Shown here in pieces: positions 29,485 to 54,003 of a DNA stretch of 64,000 nt. Within the stretch, counting starts at the first letter, position 1, and every line of letters starts with the position of its first letter. The translations under genes were made by a program, and so were the position numbers. The notes beneath the pieces are model-generated. The model saw only the letters and a list, made by a program, of their open reading frames with translations. It was not told the origin of the DNA and made no database searches. The DNA is taken from assembly GCF_009914755.1 (NCBI RefSeq), contig NC_060947.1; one strand, given 5' to 3'. The DNA is from the human T2T-CHM13v2.0 reference genome, Homo sapiens.

Positions 29485-29950
29485 ATCAGTTAGGATTGAG
29501 TTCAGCTAGCAGTAATAGAAAAACCTAAAAGAACAGTGACTTATATAACATAGAAGTTTATTTCTCACAATTGTCTGAAAACAGATAATATGGGCTAGTA
29601 TGAAAGCTCTGCTCCACCAAGTTCTCAGGGACTCTGGCTCCTGGCTGCTTTCCACCCACTCCACAGTGCCTAGCATATGGTCCCCATCTCATGCTCCAAG
29701 ATGGAGCTCCAGTCAAAACCACATTCGTAACAGCAGGATAAAAGCAGAAAGAAGGAAAAGGAAAGGACATGCTCATCTCTCTATAATATACTTTCTGGAG
29801 AAAGTACACACTATGTGTACTTTTATTCCATCAATCAGGACTTAGTCTCGTGGCCATACCATACTGCTAGGAGTCTGTATGTTAGGCAGCCAATTGTAAT
29901 ACTAAGAAAAAAAGAGAGAAGAAATACTGGAGGACAACAGCATTCTCAGC
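29485..29950. mobile_element. Ancient ERVL-type LTR fragment (LTR33-like)
   Basis: gttaggattgagttcagctagcagtaatagaaaaacc...gaagtttatttctc resembles the recalled LTR33 consensus. Confidence 0.5.
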
Positions 29951-30656
29951 CACACGTTCCAAACCCACTGTGTTCCAAAGTGAACTCGTCAGTTTTTAGG
30001 ATAAACTGGAATTTTGCACTTTTGTTATGTATCCATCCTACTTTTATCTCCATTCTGCCTGGCAAACTCCTGCTTCTCATCTAATACTCACATCATGCAC
30101 CTTTTGTGATGCTTTCCTTTATGCAACCACCTTTCCCTCCAGCCAAGACTGGAAGACTTTGGGCCACCTCCACATCTAGCATACATCTCTATTTTTGCAT
30201 TGCTAATACTATATCTTCTTTTTACAAATCTATGCCTCCATGCATCCCTCTTCCATTAGAAGGTAAACTTCTTGAGGGTAGAGACTATGTTTTATTTATC
30301 TTAATATCATATACACACAGATCTGTATCATACTAAATTTTACAAAATCAACCATTAATATCTACTTCCTAGACTTATGGAAGCAGGAAACTGGTTAAAG
30401 ATGTACCTAATAAAAAGGACACTGTGGTATACAGTACTGTAGTATAATGGAATGTGTTAAAGTCCCGAATTACAGATGATTCTAACAGCCATTGCAAGAA
30501 TAATATGGCTATAAGCTCTTACCTAGACATTATACTCCTCTGCACACTTTGCGTACTTATTTTCTACATCTATCTTTTTTTCTCATAAAAATAAATATAC
30601 TTAGTAGCGTTAGTTTTTTAAGTATGTTTATATTCAATCCCACTAAGTTGATTTTT

Positions 30657-30823
<167 letters not shown>

Positions 30824-31514
30824 TTGAATCCCACTAAGTTTATATTAACTTAGGCCAATGATTGGGTTCTATGCTTAGACCCCACTTAAGCCTCAGCAGT
30901 TACTCCATCATAGAAGACCAGGTTAGGCATATCTAAGCCCTTGAAAGAGTCACCAAGGAACATCAACATGTTGACAGCTTTTCTCTGAAAGAAAATATCT
31001 AGAAGATCATAGTACTCAGCTTAGGAAACACCGTTACAACTAATAAACATTACCATGACTAAAATAGCATACTAATTTATGATGGCTTCCACAGAGTCAA
31101 AAATTTTCACTGTAGATTTAACTTAAGGCTATCAAAGTGTCAATTTAACTTAAAAACAGGACGAAAATCATGTAAGACATGTTTATAACAGTTGTTAAGC
31201 CCAGTCTTTTAAAAAATATCTTTGAGATATGAACAATGGAATACCATGTATAATTTTTAATTGAATATCAACTATAAAAGGAGCTGAGTACATACCACCC
31301 CCCTTGCTTATAGCAACAAGACCTCAATGGTCCAAATATGACTTTTAGCTTTGTCCATAATCTCCAGTGTGGACTGGAACTCAGACTATGATGCTGCAGT
31401 GACCTCAAGAATTCTAATCATAGCTTTCCTTTACCTCCAGTTCTCTAGCCTGGACAGCGCTTTGTTCTGTCTGCCACCAGTTGGGGCATGTACCACCTGG
31501 TACCACCAACGCTA

Positions 31515-31832
<318 letters not shown>

Positions 31833-33444
31833 CTATCAAAACATTAAAAAAAAAAAAGATTTCATTGTTAAGATGTATTAAGACTCATGTGCTCGAAGTG
31901 AAAAGTTGCGTATTCTCTCACAACCCTTAGCAACCAAAAATTAAGCTCCATGTTTAATTATCAATTAATACAGGAAGACAACAGTTCTCACAGATCTGAA
32001 ACTCTGCTCTCCAACATCTCATATTTTCTCTGGAGCAGAGTCAAGAACCTGGAAAGAAACAAAACCAGCCGGGTTCATTCATTCAAGAAATATGTATTAT
32101 CTACTATGTACCAGGAATTTAAGATTCATTGATGAACAAATATATCAAACATCCCTGCTCTGGTGGAGCTTACATTCTAATGCTGGTGATAGTAGTGGTT
32201 GCGGACAGGGAAAAGCAATCAACAAGAAATTTTACAACAGGCAGTCAAACAAACCTAACAAATATGTAAATTGGTGTGTCAAAAAGTGGTAAGTCCAAAG
32301 AAAAGAAACGACATCAGATAATATCCTAAAAGAAACTCAAAGTATAAGAATTCTAAAGAAAATGAATAACTTAAAATTTAAAAAAAAAAAAGAAACTGTA
32401 AGTATAAAATACAGACACAAGAACATGAAAGTCATATAGTATGGGGTCATTTATAATACCCAATCCAGAAATCAACATTTTAAAAGTATTAGTCACAAAA
32501 AGGTTAAAGCACGTAAATGTTAACAGGATTGCTAAAAAGCCCAAGTGTTATGTTAAAAGCAACATCTTTTCTTTCAATCTGCTTTTCATCCTACTAAATG
32601 GCACCATCACAGCAACCCAGTCACCTAAGCCAAAAGACTGGAAATAGTAATCCTATTCTACTGACACTTGTTCAAATTAAAAGAGAAAAGAAAAGAATTT
32701 AAAAAAAAGTAGTCCTGGACTGGTGATTTTCTGCCCTAATGAACATTACAATCACCTGTGACCACACCACCAGAGCTAATAATTGATCTATGGTGGGTCC
32801 TGGGAAGCAGCAATATTTTAATTATCAGGGAAATTCTAAGGTGCACTTGAGGTTGAGAACCACTACCCTAGATTCATCCCTTTCACTTACCCATAATTCA
32901 ATTAAAAACCACAACCTCCCAATCAGAGCTGGATTTTAAACCTAGGCAGTCTGTCTCGGAGTCACCTCCTTGGAGCACCCTACCCCAGCATCTGCCTGGA
33001 CAACTCCAATTCACCCAGTTTAAAGCCCAGTTCTCCTAGCTTCCTTGAATGCTTCCCTGACCAACCCCTGCCCACTCCTAGGCCCAGTTCCAACTGAGCC
33101 ACTCTCATCTTCAATTGTAGTATCACTATAGAAATGTGTTCATTCCTCTATGAGACTAAGAGATTATTAAAAACAGCTATTCATATTATTATTTCCAGCA
33201 CAATAACCAAAAGCAAGCAATTTTTTAAATGAGAGAACCAAGGAATCACCCCAAAACAGTAAATAAGCTCTCAACTAATTCTCTCATCAATTTAAAAAAT
33301 ATATCTGGTAGGTTGGTTTCTTTTTCAAATGCCCCCCTTAAAACCCATCTCATCACCCTGTATTTTTCTATTGTTACTCTTTACACCCTTACGATCTGGA
33401 AGCTCCTTAATTATTAGCTTCCAAAGTCCTTTTAATTACATATT

Positions 33445-34900
<1,456 letters not shown>

Positions 34901-35001
34901 AGGAAGGAAGGAAGGGAGGAAGGGAGGGAGGAAGGAAGGGAGGGAGGGAAGGACAGGGAGGGAGGAAAGGACAGGGAGGGAGGGAGGGAGGGAGGGAAGG
35001 A
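34901..35001 (+). repeat. Purine-rich (GGAA/GGGA)n simple repeat
   Basis: aggaaggaaggaagggagga... seen directly. Confidence 0.9.
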
Positions 35002-36700
<1,699 letters not shown>

Positions 36701-36768
36701 TGCTTTTAAAGAATTTGGTTTGTCATCATCATCGGTTCTTTAATAACTTCCTGAACACAAAAATATAA

Positions 36769-37367
<599 letters not shown>

Positions 37368-37829
37368 TTTAACCTCCCTTCTTGATTACCTACAATATGG
37401 TTCTCCTTAAAGGCTATTTCTTCCCATGTCCCACAAAATCCGAAACCAGTCTCAGCATTCTCTGCATTACTCCTCTGCCTGGGGAATAATCCTACTCTTG
37501 TAGCCTCATGGTTCACTGTCTGCCTTCCTTCAGATCTTTACTCAAAAGGTACCTTCTCAGACCCTCCTGGCCAACCTGTCTAAAATGTCGACCTCTCTTC
37601 TAAACATGTGAGAGTATAAAACATAAGATACACTTTCTTTATTTAGCATATCTATTAAACATTTCCCCAAGTAGAAAGTAAGCTCCATAAGAGCATATTT
37701 TATGCTTTGTTTACTGCTATATTCCCAGTACCTGCCTCTGACCACAAACTAATACATGAACTTCTATCTCCTTATTTTTAATCAACTACTTATTTGACCT
37801 CACCAATAATTTTAGTCCTTTAACCTTCA

Positions 37830-39530
<1,701 letters not shown>

Positions 39531-39588
39531 GATTAATACAGGTTAGGGTTTCTCAGCCTTGGCACTACTGACGTTTGGAGCCAGAATG

Positions 39589-39589
39589 G

Positions 39590-39620
<31 letters not shown>

Positions 39621-39641
39621 CGCGTGTGTGTGTGTATGTGT
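39589..39641 (+). repeat. (TG)n microsatellite, compound
   Basis: gtgtgcgtgtgtgtg... seen directly. Confidence 0.95.
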
Positions 39642-39809
39642 ATTCTGTGCATTGTAGGATGTGAAGCAGCACTCATATCTAGGTTACAAAGCATCATTTC
39701 ACTACTCTCTTCTCAGCATCCAAAACCAACTTATTCCCTTGTCTTTGCCCTGTTATTCCAAACCTTAGTTCAATATCACCATCCACTTCACCTATTTATA
39801 CTTAGCTGC

Positions 39810-40160
39810 TGCTATGGTTTGGCTGTGTCCCCAACCAAATCTCAACTTGAATTGTATCTCCCAGAATTCCCACTTGTTGTGGGAGGGACCCGGGGGAGGT
39901 AATTGAATCATGGAAGCCGGTCTTTCCCATGCTATTCTCGTGGTAGTGAATACGTCTCACAAGATCTGATGAGTTTATCAGGGGTTTCCACTTTTGCGTC
40001 TTCCTCATTTTCTCTTGCCGCCACCATGTAAGAAGTGCCTTTCACCTCCCACCATGATCCTGAGGCCTCCCCAACCATGTGGAACTGTAAGTCCAATTAA
40101 ACTTTTTTCTCCCCAGTCTTAGGCATGTCTTTATCAGCAGCATGAAAACAGACTAATACA
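39810..40160 (+). mobile_element. THE1A-like solo LTR (MaLR)
   Basis: TGCTATGGTTTGGCTGTGTCCCC...GACTAATACA, with a 5-bp TSD GCTGC (39805-39809 and 40161-40165). Confidence 0.92.
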
Positions 40161-41419
40161 GCTGCTGAGCACTGCTGCAGCAAAGTCCCTCCCACATGCT
40201 TATTACATGTAGTGACACACATTTTTACCCTTCATCCTTAGCTAAGCCCTCCAAAATACTGTCATGTGTCCCTAGACCATTCCCTCTCCCATCCCGTATG
40301 GCAGCTGTTCCAAACCTTAACCATTCTCCTTGAGATAAATGATGTAGCCTCACTATATGTTTGTTATTTTGTTAACTGACTTTATCCCCAACCAGTATGT
40401 ATGAATTTTCTTCCAGCCTTTGCCAGTTTCCTACTTTGCAGAAATAGGAATTTGAGGTTTTGTTTTTTTGTTGTTGTTGTTTTGTTTTGTTTTAAATCAG
40501 GGTCTCACTCTGTCACCTAGGCTAAAAGGTTAGCATGCAGTAGCGAGATCATGGCTCATGGCAGCCTCAACCTCCCAGACTCAAGTGATCTTCCCATCAT
40601 TGAGGTCTATTTATAGAAATAGTAAATTGAAGCCATCAGGAATGATCTCCATATAGTCTGCCCAAAATTATAAATTTAGCTGAGGACACTTTTCACCTGG
40701 ACTTTAGCTCTTGCTAATGTAACTGATGATTTTCTATCTACCAAATAGTCAAAAATCAGCTTTCCTCATAAATGACCTTCCTTAAGTACATGATATGGGC
40801 CAGGCACTGTGTAATTCTAAGCTGTACTTGAGACTGTTAACCACTCCCTAATCCTTGCAACTCTGCCCCACTGGATTCAATGACACTGGCTTATTCTAGT
40901 TTTCCTCCTCCATTTCTAGAGCTGCTCCTATCCCTTTACCCACCCTATAAGGTAGGTAGGTATTTCTCAAGGCTCTCACCTTGACACTCCTCTCTCTTCC
41001 TTCTATATATTCTCTGGACTAGCTCATTTAAGCTCAAAGCTTCTATCACTACTATTTCTGCTAAAAATTTCCAAATCCATGTGCCCAAGCCAAACTTTGT
41101 TCCTAAGTTCTAAACCATTTACTTTCAACAGCCTGATAGTCATCACTACTCAAATTTCCCAGAGACACCTCAACACGTTCAAAACTAAGCCCATCTGTTC
41201 CTTCCATAAATATTTATCTTCCTGTATTCTTTTATCCTTTCTTCATTCTTTTAACAAACAAGTATGTGTCCAGAAACTAATATAGGCACTGACAATACAA
41301 AAACATGCTAACTGCTCAAAAGGAACTCACAGTCCAGGAAGAGAGACAGTAAAAATAATAATATAATCTAACACATACAAAGATTGGGATATATACAATG
41401 CTATAGAAGTATAGGAATG

Positions 41420-41740
41420 GGCCGGACACAGTGGCTCACACCTGTAATCCCAGCACTTTGGGAGGCCAAGGTGGGTGGATCATTTGAGGTTGGGGGTTCG
41501 AGACCAGACTGGCCAACATGGCGAAACCCCGTCTCTACTAAAACTACAAAAAAAATTAGCCGGGCGTGGTGGCAGGTGCCTGTAGTCCCAGCTACTTGGG
41601 AGGCTGAGGCAGGAGAATCACTTAAGCCCAGGGGGCAGAGGTTGCAGGCGGCAGTGAAGTGAAATTGTACCACTGCACTCCAGCCTAGGCAACAGAGGGA
41701 GACTCTGTCTCACCAAAAAAAAAAAAAAAAAAAAAAAAAA
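41420..41740 (+). mobile_element. AluS
   Basis: Full dimer with a long A tail. Confidence 0.9.
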
Positions 41741-42149
41741 GTAGAAGAATGGAGAAGGGGAATTAGGGATATTATCTTGGAGGATTTAACATCTGACTTG
41801 AATCTTTAAAAAGTAGGAGCTAACCAGGAAAAACCAACATGAGTCAAAACAGAGCTCTAAAAATAAACAGGTATCTACAAGCTTTCACAAGCAATTTAAG
41901 AACATAACATCCAAAGCAGGGAGTGGCATCCCTAAATTTGATCACACAGGACCTAACAGGCCATATTGAAAAACTTATACTTCTTCCTGAGTATAACCAG
42001 GAATTTCAAAAGAGTTTTAAACAGGGGAATAACATGGTAAGGTTTTTGTATAAGATACACATTTCTAGCGGCTGTGTGAAAGGGTGAAGATTAGAGGCAG
42101 TTAAAAGGCTAGCATAACAGTTCAGGCAAGAGGAGAGCCTTATAAAAGT

Positions 42150-42557
42150 TGTCAGAATCAAAATGGAGTCACTTATGCCAAACCCTAACAAAATGGACCA
42201 TAGAGGAGGGGCTCTCATGTACACACGCCTATGATAAAAACTATTACAAGGACTCTCTGAAAACCACAACCTCACACAAAGAATACTCCTGCAAGGACAT
42301 CTATCCAGTAACCGTTCAACCCCAGATACCACTCTTGTTATTGATCCTTGTGGCCAAGGATAAGTGTTTCAAAACAACTTATGTAACCTTCCTTGTTTTG
42401 CCTTTAAAAGCTTCCCTTTGCCTTACCTTCACCAGATATGCCAATGATCCATCACAGCACAAACATCCTGCATTGTAATCCCTTGTCATTCGTTCCCAAA
42501 TAGACTATTTTTTTTTTTTTGGAGAGCCTATTTCTCTGCTGTTATTTTAGGTTGACA
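42150..42557. mobile_element. Probable ERV1-type solo LTR, subfamily not assigned
   Basis: TGTCAGAATCAAAATGGAGTCAC...TTAGGTTGACA, with inverted TGTCA/TGACA termini. The TSD is not clear. Confidence 0.6.
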
Positions 42558-42670
42558 GTCTGCCCAAGGAGCAGTGGTGGTAAGGTTAGAAAGAAACAGG
42601 ACAAATAAATAATTAGGAACCTAAGTGAGTGGACCTCCAGAGGCCAAAATCAAGGAAAAGTGAGGATTTA

Positions 42671-43090
<420 letters not shown>

Positions 43091-43259
43091 TCACTAGTAA
43101 TCAGTGCAATGCAAATTAAAACAATGGGATACCATCCTCATCTTCACCACTCCCTCCAAAAAAAGAGTCATGAAAATTTAAAATGGATAATATTCAATGT
43201 TAGTGAAGGTGTGGAGATACAAACATGTTTATGGGCTAATGGTGGAGCATAGCTTAGAA

Positions 43260-43618
43260 CAGGGGTCCCCAACCCCCCAGACTGGTACTGGCCTGTGGCC
43301 TGTTAGGAACTGGGTGGCACAGCAGGAGGTGAGCAGCAGGCAAGCAAGCAAATCTCCATCTGTATTTACAGCTGCTCCCCATCACTCGCATTACCACCTC
43401 AGCTCTGTCTCCTATCAAGAGAGGCATTAGATTCTCATACGAGTGCAAACCCTATTGTGAACTGCACATGCGAGGAATCTACATTGCACACTCCTTAGGA
43501 GAATCTAATGATAAACGCAATGCGTTTGAATCATCCCGAAACCACCCACCCCTCCATCCATGGGAAAATTGTCTTCCACGAAACTGACCCCTGGTGACAA
43601 AAAGGTTGGGGACTGCTG
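43260..43618 (+). mobile_element. MER1B-like hAT-Charlie DNA transposon within an L1ME fragment
   Basis: Terminal inverted repeats CAGGGGTCCCCAACC / GGTTGGGGACTGCTG, with an 8-bp near-TSD gcttagaa / ccttagaa. Confidence 0.88.
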
Positions 43619-44163
43619 CCTTAGAATACCCTTTGGGGATGCAATTTCACAGTATATATCAACATTTAAAACATACACCCCTTTGTTTTTTCTTTATAAT
43701 TTTTAAAATTTTTTTTCAGGCAGGGTCTCCCTGTGTTGCCCAGGCTGGTTTTTAACTCCTGGGCTCAAATGATCCTCCTGCCTTGGCCTCCCAAAGTGTG
43801 AGCCACCATGCCCAGCCAAAACATACATCCCTTTGAACAAGCAATTCTAGTTCCAAGAATGCAACCGTTCACGTTTATACACAAAGCTCTTTAAAAGAAT
43901 GCTCACTATAGAGCTGATCTAAACAAGAATGTGGAGATGACCCAATCATCCATCCTTACAGTTAAGTCAATTCTAGGGTTAAATGAATTCTGATGATCCA
44001 TACTACACAAGAGTACAATACAAGCTAAAATATATATGAAATGAAATAGAATGATTTCCAAAACTGTTAGGAGAAAAAGTAAACCACAGAATAATATGTA
44101 CAATATATTCCAACTGATGTTTAAGAAAATAAAAGCCCATATTTGTTTGTAAATGTAAAGAAA

Positions 44164-44608
<445 letters not shown>

Positions 44609-45457
44609 TTACTTTTATAATTAAAAAAATTGAAAATATAATGTGTATGACAAGTGTGGCATGCTGATTAAGCAATCTGACTAGTAAAACAGATCCAATG
44701 GCTTTTCTAAAGCCACAGCCCAAGCTAATAGGTGTTCAATAAATAAAGACTTCTGCTAAATATTTTTTAATTGGCTATTCTCACACATGGCTTACCACTG
44801 GCCAAAGGGCCTGTGCTGCCTGTGTCCCTTGCAGGTAGGGCAAGTCCACTTTCTGCATTCATCTTACTCAGAGGCGTACCCACAGAATTTTTCTTTGCAA
44901 TGGAGGCATAGTAATTGATGTTTCACATCCTTATGCCTTCAATCTTCTTCAAAAGCTTTTTAAAACAACAATCAATTCTTACCATTCCAAGTATAGTTGT
45001 AATAAAAGTTAAGTGATTGAAAAACAATCAGGAGAAAAGGTGAGAAAGAAATATTCTGACTCATAATTTAACTAAAACGTGGCTTTTATTGTTTCTTAAC
45101 ATACTCTTCAACATTTTCTCAAGAACATAAACTACTTTGGAAATTTTTCCTCTTTTTTTATATACCAAGTATTTCCTCATAACAAATTCTTTCTGATGAC
45201 TGCTTTTAACATTACTTCTGAAACCAAATCTCTCCAACTAACTTTCGAGTGATTTTTTGGCCCATCATCTTTTTCTCCAATATCAAAGGGACTAACACAG
45301 TAAAGTGAGGGGAAGCTTCACTTCTGAATGCAAATAAAAAATAGCAATGAATATTTGCTTCCAGTAGAGCACTCTTTTTATATCTACAGTCAAGAAAGAG
45401 GCTGCTAATGAAATTGGACCAGTGGGTTATTGTAATTGAGACTTTTTTATGACTTGC

Positions 45458-46826
<1,369 letters not shown>

Positions 46827-46944
46827 TTGCCAATCCAGTAATTTTAAAAGTATGTTTGCTTTTCCATGTCACAGAAGATTAAGCATTTAAGCATTCCCAC
46901 TAAAACAATAAAAACATGGCAGCTTTTTATAACATCTTTCTTAC

Positions 46945-47033
46945 CTTCTTAAATAATGTGGCAGATGCCATTTCAGACCCATTTAGTGTCTTTAAGAGGA
47001 ACATCGGCCAGGAGGATGTATTCATCTGGTACC
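46945..47033 (-). CDS. SCML2: SCML2 exon 6 (89 nt): (G)YQMNTSSWPMFLLKTLNGSEMASATLFKK
   Basis: aaacag|GGTACCAG...AAGAAG|gtaaga. In frame, and lies within ORF 46927..47115. Confidence 0.97.
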
Positions 47034-49215
47034 CTGTTTTATAAAATAAATTAGGTATCATGAAAAAGCCTCCTTGTGATACTATTAACAAGTTGGTATA
47101 AAAAATAGGTTTCATTCACCATTCTTCTCGAGAGAATGACTTTCTTATCTAAGAACTTTGAACATGGGCAAGAGGAGCAGATGTACCCTCCTCTCATTGC
47201 TAGTGTCCCCACTGTACTGTCTGGCAACAATGCTACAGTGGGGATAGAAACTCTCCTTTTAAGAGAAGTCACTAGCTAGAATTCACAAACAAACATGTAT
47301 ATAATACAAGGGGTGATCTAAGCTGGAGCCTAGGAGAGCTTCCATTCCACCACCAACAATCACACAAGCAAGGGCAAAGGCTGTAAAAGACTTCTAGCCC
47401 CCTTTTCCTCAGGGCCCCAGGCTTCTTTCACTTCAGAAAGACAGTTTTCTGTCAAACTCAGCACATATACACACACAACAGTACATTTCATTGCATGCAA
47501 TTTTACCTCAAAAGAAAAAAACCTATAGATATTGACTCGTTAATGATATATATGCTAAAATATTTAGGGGACGTGCACTGATACCAACAACTCACTCTGA
47601 AATGTACTAAAAAATAAGAAGGATTGATGAATAAATAGAAGGGCAGATAGATAGACAGATATGTGATAAAGTAAATATAATAAAATGATAATGGTAGAAA
47701 CTAGAAACTGGACATGGGGGTACTCACTGTAAAATTTTTTCACCTTTTCTGTATGTTTGAAATTCTCCATAAAATGTGTTAGAAAAAAGACAGCTCTCAC
47801 TTTAGCAATCTTAATACATACTAAAAATGATCTTCTTTTAGAATTTGTATCAGATGCTATCAAAATAGACTCAACAGGTGTCTTTTCTAGAGATCTCACC
47901 AACTAATGGCTTCACAGCATCTGGCATATGCAGCAGGGAGCAGGGTTCTGCTAGTTTTACTGCTTTCTGGGGGCAATCTGTTTCATGCAACACCTGCTTG
48001 CCTCAATGCCAGAATTAGAAAGAACTTGGTATGCGCCCCTGATGCATGCATACATTAAGACAGGGAGGCACATGAATCATTGGCAATGGGTGCAGGTTTT
48101 GTCCTATTTTCCATCAATAAAACAAAACATACAAAAAAGGTAAGATGGAAAGTCATCCTCTAATAATCCTGTACCAAAATCCCCTTAATCTGACCAGAGA
48201 CACAATTGTTGAAAAAAAAAAAAAAAAAAAAAACAGGGGTGGGGGGAGATTTGTTACATACTCCCTTATAATAAATCAACATTATTATTCTCCATTCTGT
48301 GGAGAGTATTGCATAAGAATCATTCTCTGGTCCTTAAGCCTCTCTCTCAACTCCCATATTATCCTATTCCATCATGTGCCCAGATTTTCCTAAATGTAAC
48401 ATTTTACTTAATTCTGTAATTGCTTAAAGTCAAACATAGATTAAAAGACCAAAATTGGATTAAGGTACATATAAAAACTTTAAAAAGAGATAAAACTAAT
48501 CTATAAGGTTAGGAAGTATAGATGGTAGTACCTTTAGGAAAGGAGAGATTATGGCTGGTTATCAGCAGGAGCAGGTCTTCTGGGGGGCTGATAATGTTCT
48601 ATTTTCTGATTTGGATGATGGCTTTACAGATGTGTTCATTTATAAGCTATATACTTATGACCTGTACACCTTTCAGTTTGTGTGTTAAAACTTTATAAAA
48701 TCTTTTAATAATAACCTTTAAAGTTTAAACAAATAAATCTTTTTAAAAGGAAAACTAAATAAGTTGTATTAAAATGGAAGTTAAACTATTCAAAAGTACC
48801 TAAAAAGCAAACTGGCACCAATGGTGCATTTTTAAATATACTGCCAAAACAGATACTAATCAGCACATATTTCTATACATTTCATATTTTTAAATAAAAC
48901 AAAGTCTAAGAATTTTATTAAAAAGAATGACCATAAATCTAGTTATGTATTTGAAATGCTGACAATTACAACAGCAGCATCTCCTTTAAACAAACTGCAA
49001 AAACATACCATATTGCAACAAGAGAAATAAAATCCAAATAGGGAAGCACTAAGCCTAGGATTGCACTTATCTTTCACATAGAATTCTGTGTAATTTGAGA
49101 AATATTATAAACAACAAATAAACGACAAAAGACGTGAGTGAAAGAAGGCAAAAGGCAAAAAACAAACATGCCCCAAACCATCTTCTTGGAATAACATATC
49201 TCCAACTAGTTTTTA

Positions 49216-49536
<321 letters not shown>

Positions 49537-50437
49537 TTATAACGAACAAATAGAACAAGGACAGCATAAAGATATATTACTAAAGAGTGGCTATTGTTAA
49601 TATCTTAAATTTGTGAAAAATTTTCACTTAAATTAGTGAAAAAGGAATTTTTCACTAATAGGAAAACAAAAAAATCCATTCTTTTATTGTGCTTTGCAAC
49701 AAGGAATTTTCATTTTCAGCACTGTAAAGAACCAAATAAAAGTAAATGCCCACCATTCACTCAAAGTATAGAACAGCAACTAAATAAACTAAATCATTTC
49801 TTTCCTACAGAGTATCATGGTATGCTTACATTTTAAAAAGAAAAATGTTGCCCCAAATTAGTTACACCCTTTTTACCTTTCAAAAATGTGGCCAAAATTA
49901 AAGTACATATTTTGTACCTTAAAATCTTTGCTAAAATCTCCATTTTCTCCTTTTCAAAGACCTAAAGGTACTAATTCCTGTCCCTCTCGCTCTGATTTCT
50001 TCCCACTGTAGGTGAAATGAAATTCTTGAGTTTGAAACTGGAACCTGAATGTGGAATCATACCCTTCCCCTAGGCTTATCCCCATACCAAAATTGCTGAA
50101 TGGCTCAGTGGACAATATTGAGAGAGCATGTGCCTTGTATCAAACGCTACAAAGTTCTTCCCCAGAAGGAGTTCTGAATCTGCATATGTAATCTAGTAGA
50201 GCTGGTTTTGACATTTCAAGTTTGAAGACCTAGCATGAGTCTTGCCCTGGAGTGGAGAAAACTTCTACACACATATGCCAAATATGTACTTAAGCAAAAC
50301 TCCACAACAGATGGTGCTGATTTCCTCTCTCATCATACATTCTCCACAGCAACCACCTGACCATCTATTTGCAAGAATGCCCAAGAAAATAAATTTTAAA
50401 AGGCCACTTAAAGCCATTTCTATTGAATATCACATTA

Positions 50438-50707
<270 letters not shown>

Positions 50708-51520
50708 CTATATATATAAATAAAATTTGGTTAAAATGCATCAACTATAAGAGAAGACACATGGACAGCTATGTCACCAGAATACCTGAGGAACATTTTA
50801 AATAACAGTCACAGTGGATGATGAGTGAGGTCAGAGCTGTAAGAGTCAAGGAAAAGATCTTCAAAATTCTCTCCTTGGCTTGACATGCAGCATAAAAACA
50901 CTACCCGCTGCTGTTCTCACTCATCTGCCCACTTCCAGGCAACCCAAATACAGCCTCTAAAATATACCGAGTGGCTTTCTAAAGTAAGAATCTGATTAGA
51001 CCATTCCCCTTGAAATTAGCCAACCAGCAGCTCACCACTGCCTATAATGAAGTCCAACTCCTCAGCACAGTTTAAATGCCCCCACACCTTTAACCTCATT
51101 TCCACATTATCGCCTCTATCCACTTTGTGCTCCAGCCACCCCAAGCCATCCCTTAATACTCAGATTCTTTCATGCCCATGTGCCTTGGCTTTGGATGTTC
51201 TCTCTGCCTGGACTATCCTTCCTCCCATTCCAACCATCTCAAATAGCATCGCTCCTGTGAGCCCTTCCAGTATGGAGTTATCACACTTCTCATAATTATT
51301 TATTTATATGTCTGCCTTTCCTGCCAGATGGGCAATCATAAAGCTTATTATACCTGACATAGAGTAAGTTCTTAATGAATGCAAAGAGACCATCTGGCTC
51401 TTAAGAGGCACTACCACAATCCCACTATCTCCTCACACTACCAGAATCTAACAATCACACAGACGTCCTCCAACAAGTTAATAGTTTACATTAACTAACA
51501 GCTACAGAATCTTGGCATAC

Positions 51521-51591
51521 CTGACGGAAGCACTCTGAAGGAGCACTTATAGACCCAGTCTCTTTCAAATACTCCTCCCAGTGGAAATCAT
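51521..51591 (-). CDS. SCML2: SCML2 exon 4 (71 nt): (D)DFHWEEYLKETGSISAPSECFRQ, start of MBT repeat 1
   Basis: ttccag|ATGATTTC...CGTCAG|gtatgc. Contains the MBT FxWeeYL motif and lies within ORF 51491..51721. Confidence 0.97.
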
Positions 51592-52579
51592 CTGGAAAAA
51601 ACACATGTGCAAAATAGTTTCTTAAAGCATATACAATGTAACTTTTAGTATATACAACTTTCAGGATTAAAATGGGTTTTAGTTCCATGCCTCTTAAAAG
51701 AAAAAAAAAAAAAACTTCCAAAAGAGTAGATTCAAAAATCCTGATCTACATTTCATGACCAGCATAAAAATAAAAAATAAGACGATATCCTGATAATAAT
51801 GGCTCAGAAATAAATTATAACCTAGATACTCTCATTGTAATGTGGACTACAGCACAGTGATTCTAAAAATGTGGACGTTAGAAATAACTAAAGAAATTGT
51901 TTTAGAGTAATAGCGAAGTCTACCCATCTGTCTCTAATATAAATTTATTCAATAAATATGTTTTCACCACTTTATTCCATTAATGTGAAGGCACTTCTTT
52001 GTTATTCATGGGGAGCTAAAGGTTTAGTGTGCAGTCAAACAGAATTTTACCCTTGCAATGCTTTATGGAAAGAAAAAAATGTGGTAACCAGAGTAGTTTC
52101 TCAATGGACTATTAGATCTCTATTCAGAGTGTCAAGAAGATGGTGGCAGAACAAAGCAATAAACCAGTCATCAGTACAGTCACTAATATGGATTATTTTA
52201 ATGACCTACATTTTCTACAGACTCTTGCTGTCCTTCCTCACTTAGTTTTCATGACATATTATAATGTTAGAAGAGAAGATCAGAAAGCAGAGCACATTGC
52301 CTGGCTTGAACGTATCATTTCACTGTGCCAGCCAGACTGTCAAGACACTGAGAAAAAGACTTGACAGTAGTAGTGAACAAACTAGTAATTCACATGATGT
52401 TTAATTCTCATCATTCATGAGGCTTTTCTATACTCTTGCTAAATTTCCTCACTATAAAAATATTGGGTTTGACAGTTCTCTTTCCTGGAAGAATCTACGT
52501 TTACCAGCTTCTTACATTTCCTTCAAAAGATATTATACTTAGATGACTCCCCCCTTGCAGAAAACAAAAAACAAAAAAA

Positions 52580-52790
52580 CCTACAGAGTGCTGATAATGT
52601 TTAACAACCAGCTTTCTGGAAAATACAACAAAAAACCTGACTGACAGCGTTTGCAGATTTCCGTGATGTAAATATGACCACCATGGTTGACTGTAAGGTG
52701 CCAAGGTAAAACCACCAACCATGAAATTGGGAAAAGATGTACACAATTGGCTCTCCCAAGCCGGTGTGAGCCAGCTCCAGTGTACCACCA
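52580..52790 (-). mobile_element. Probable MER63-like hAT DNA transposon fragment
   Basis: gtgctgataatgtttaacaaccagc...gagccagctccagtgtaccac resembles the recalled MER63 termini. Confidence 0.45.
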
Positions 52791-53015
52791 TTACATATGT
52801 GTGTATGCATTTCTATATGTATGTATACATATTATATGTGGTATTAAGCATGTCACATGTAACATTTTGCACCTTGCTTTTGGTTAATAGATCTAAGAGA
52901 CCGTTTCATCTAAAAGAAAATACTGGGTTTGATTCCACTTCCAGATGATGTGAAGCAAGCACTACCAGCATTGAAAATCATGCATCAGAGAGAGTGTTAA
53001 GAATGTGGGCTTTAG

Positions 53016-54003
<988 letters not shown>
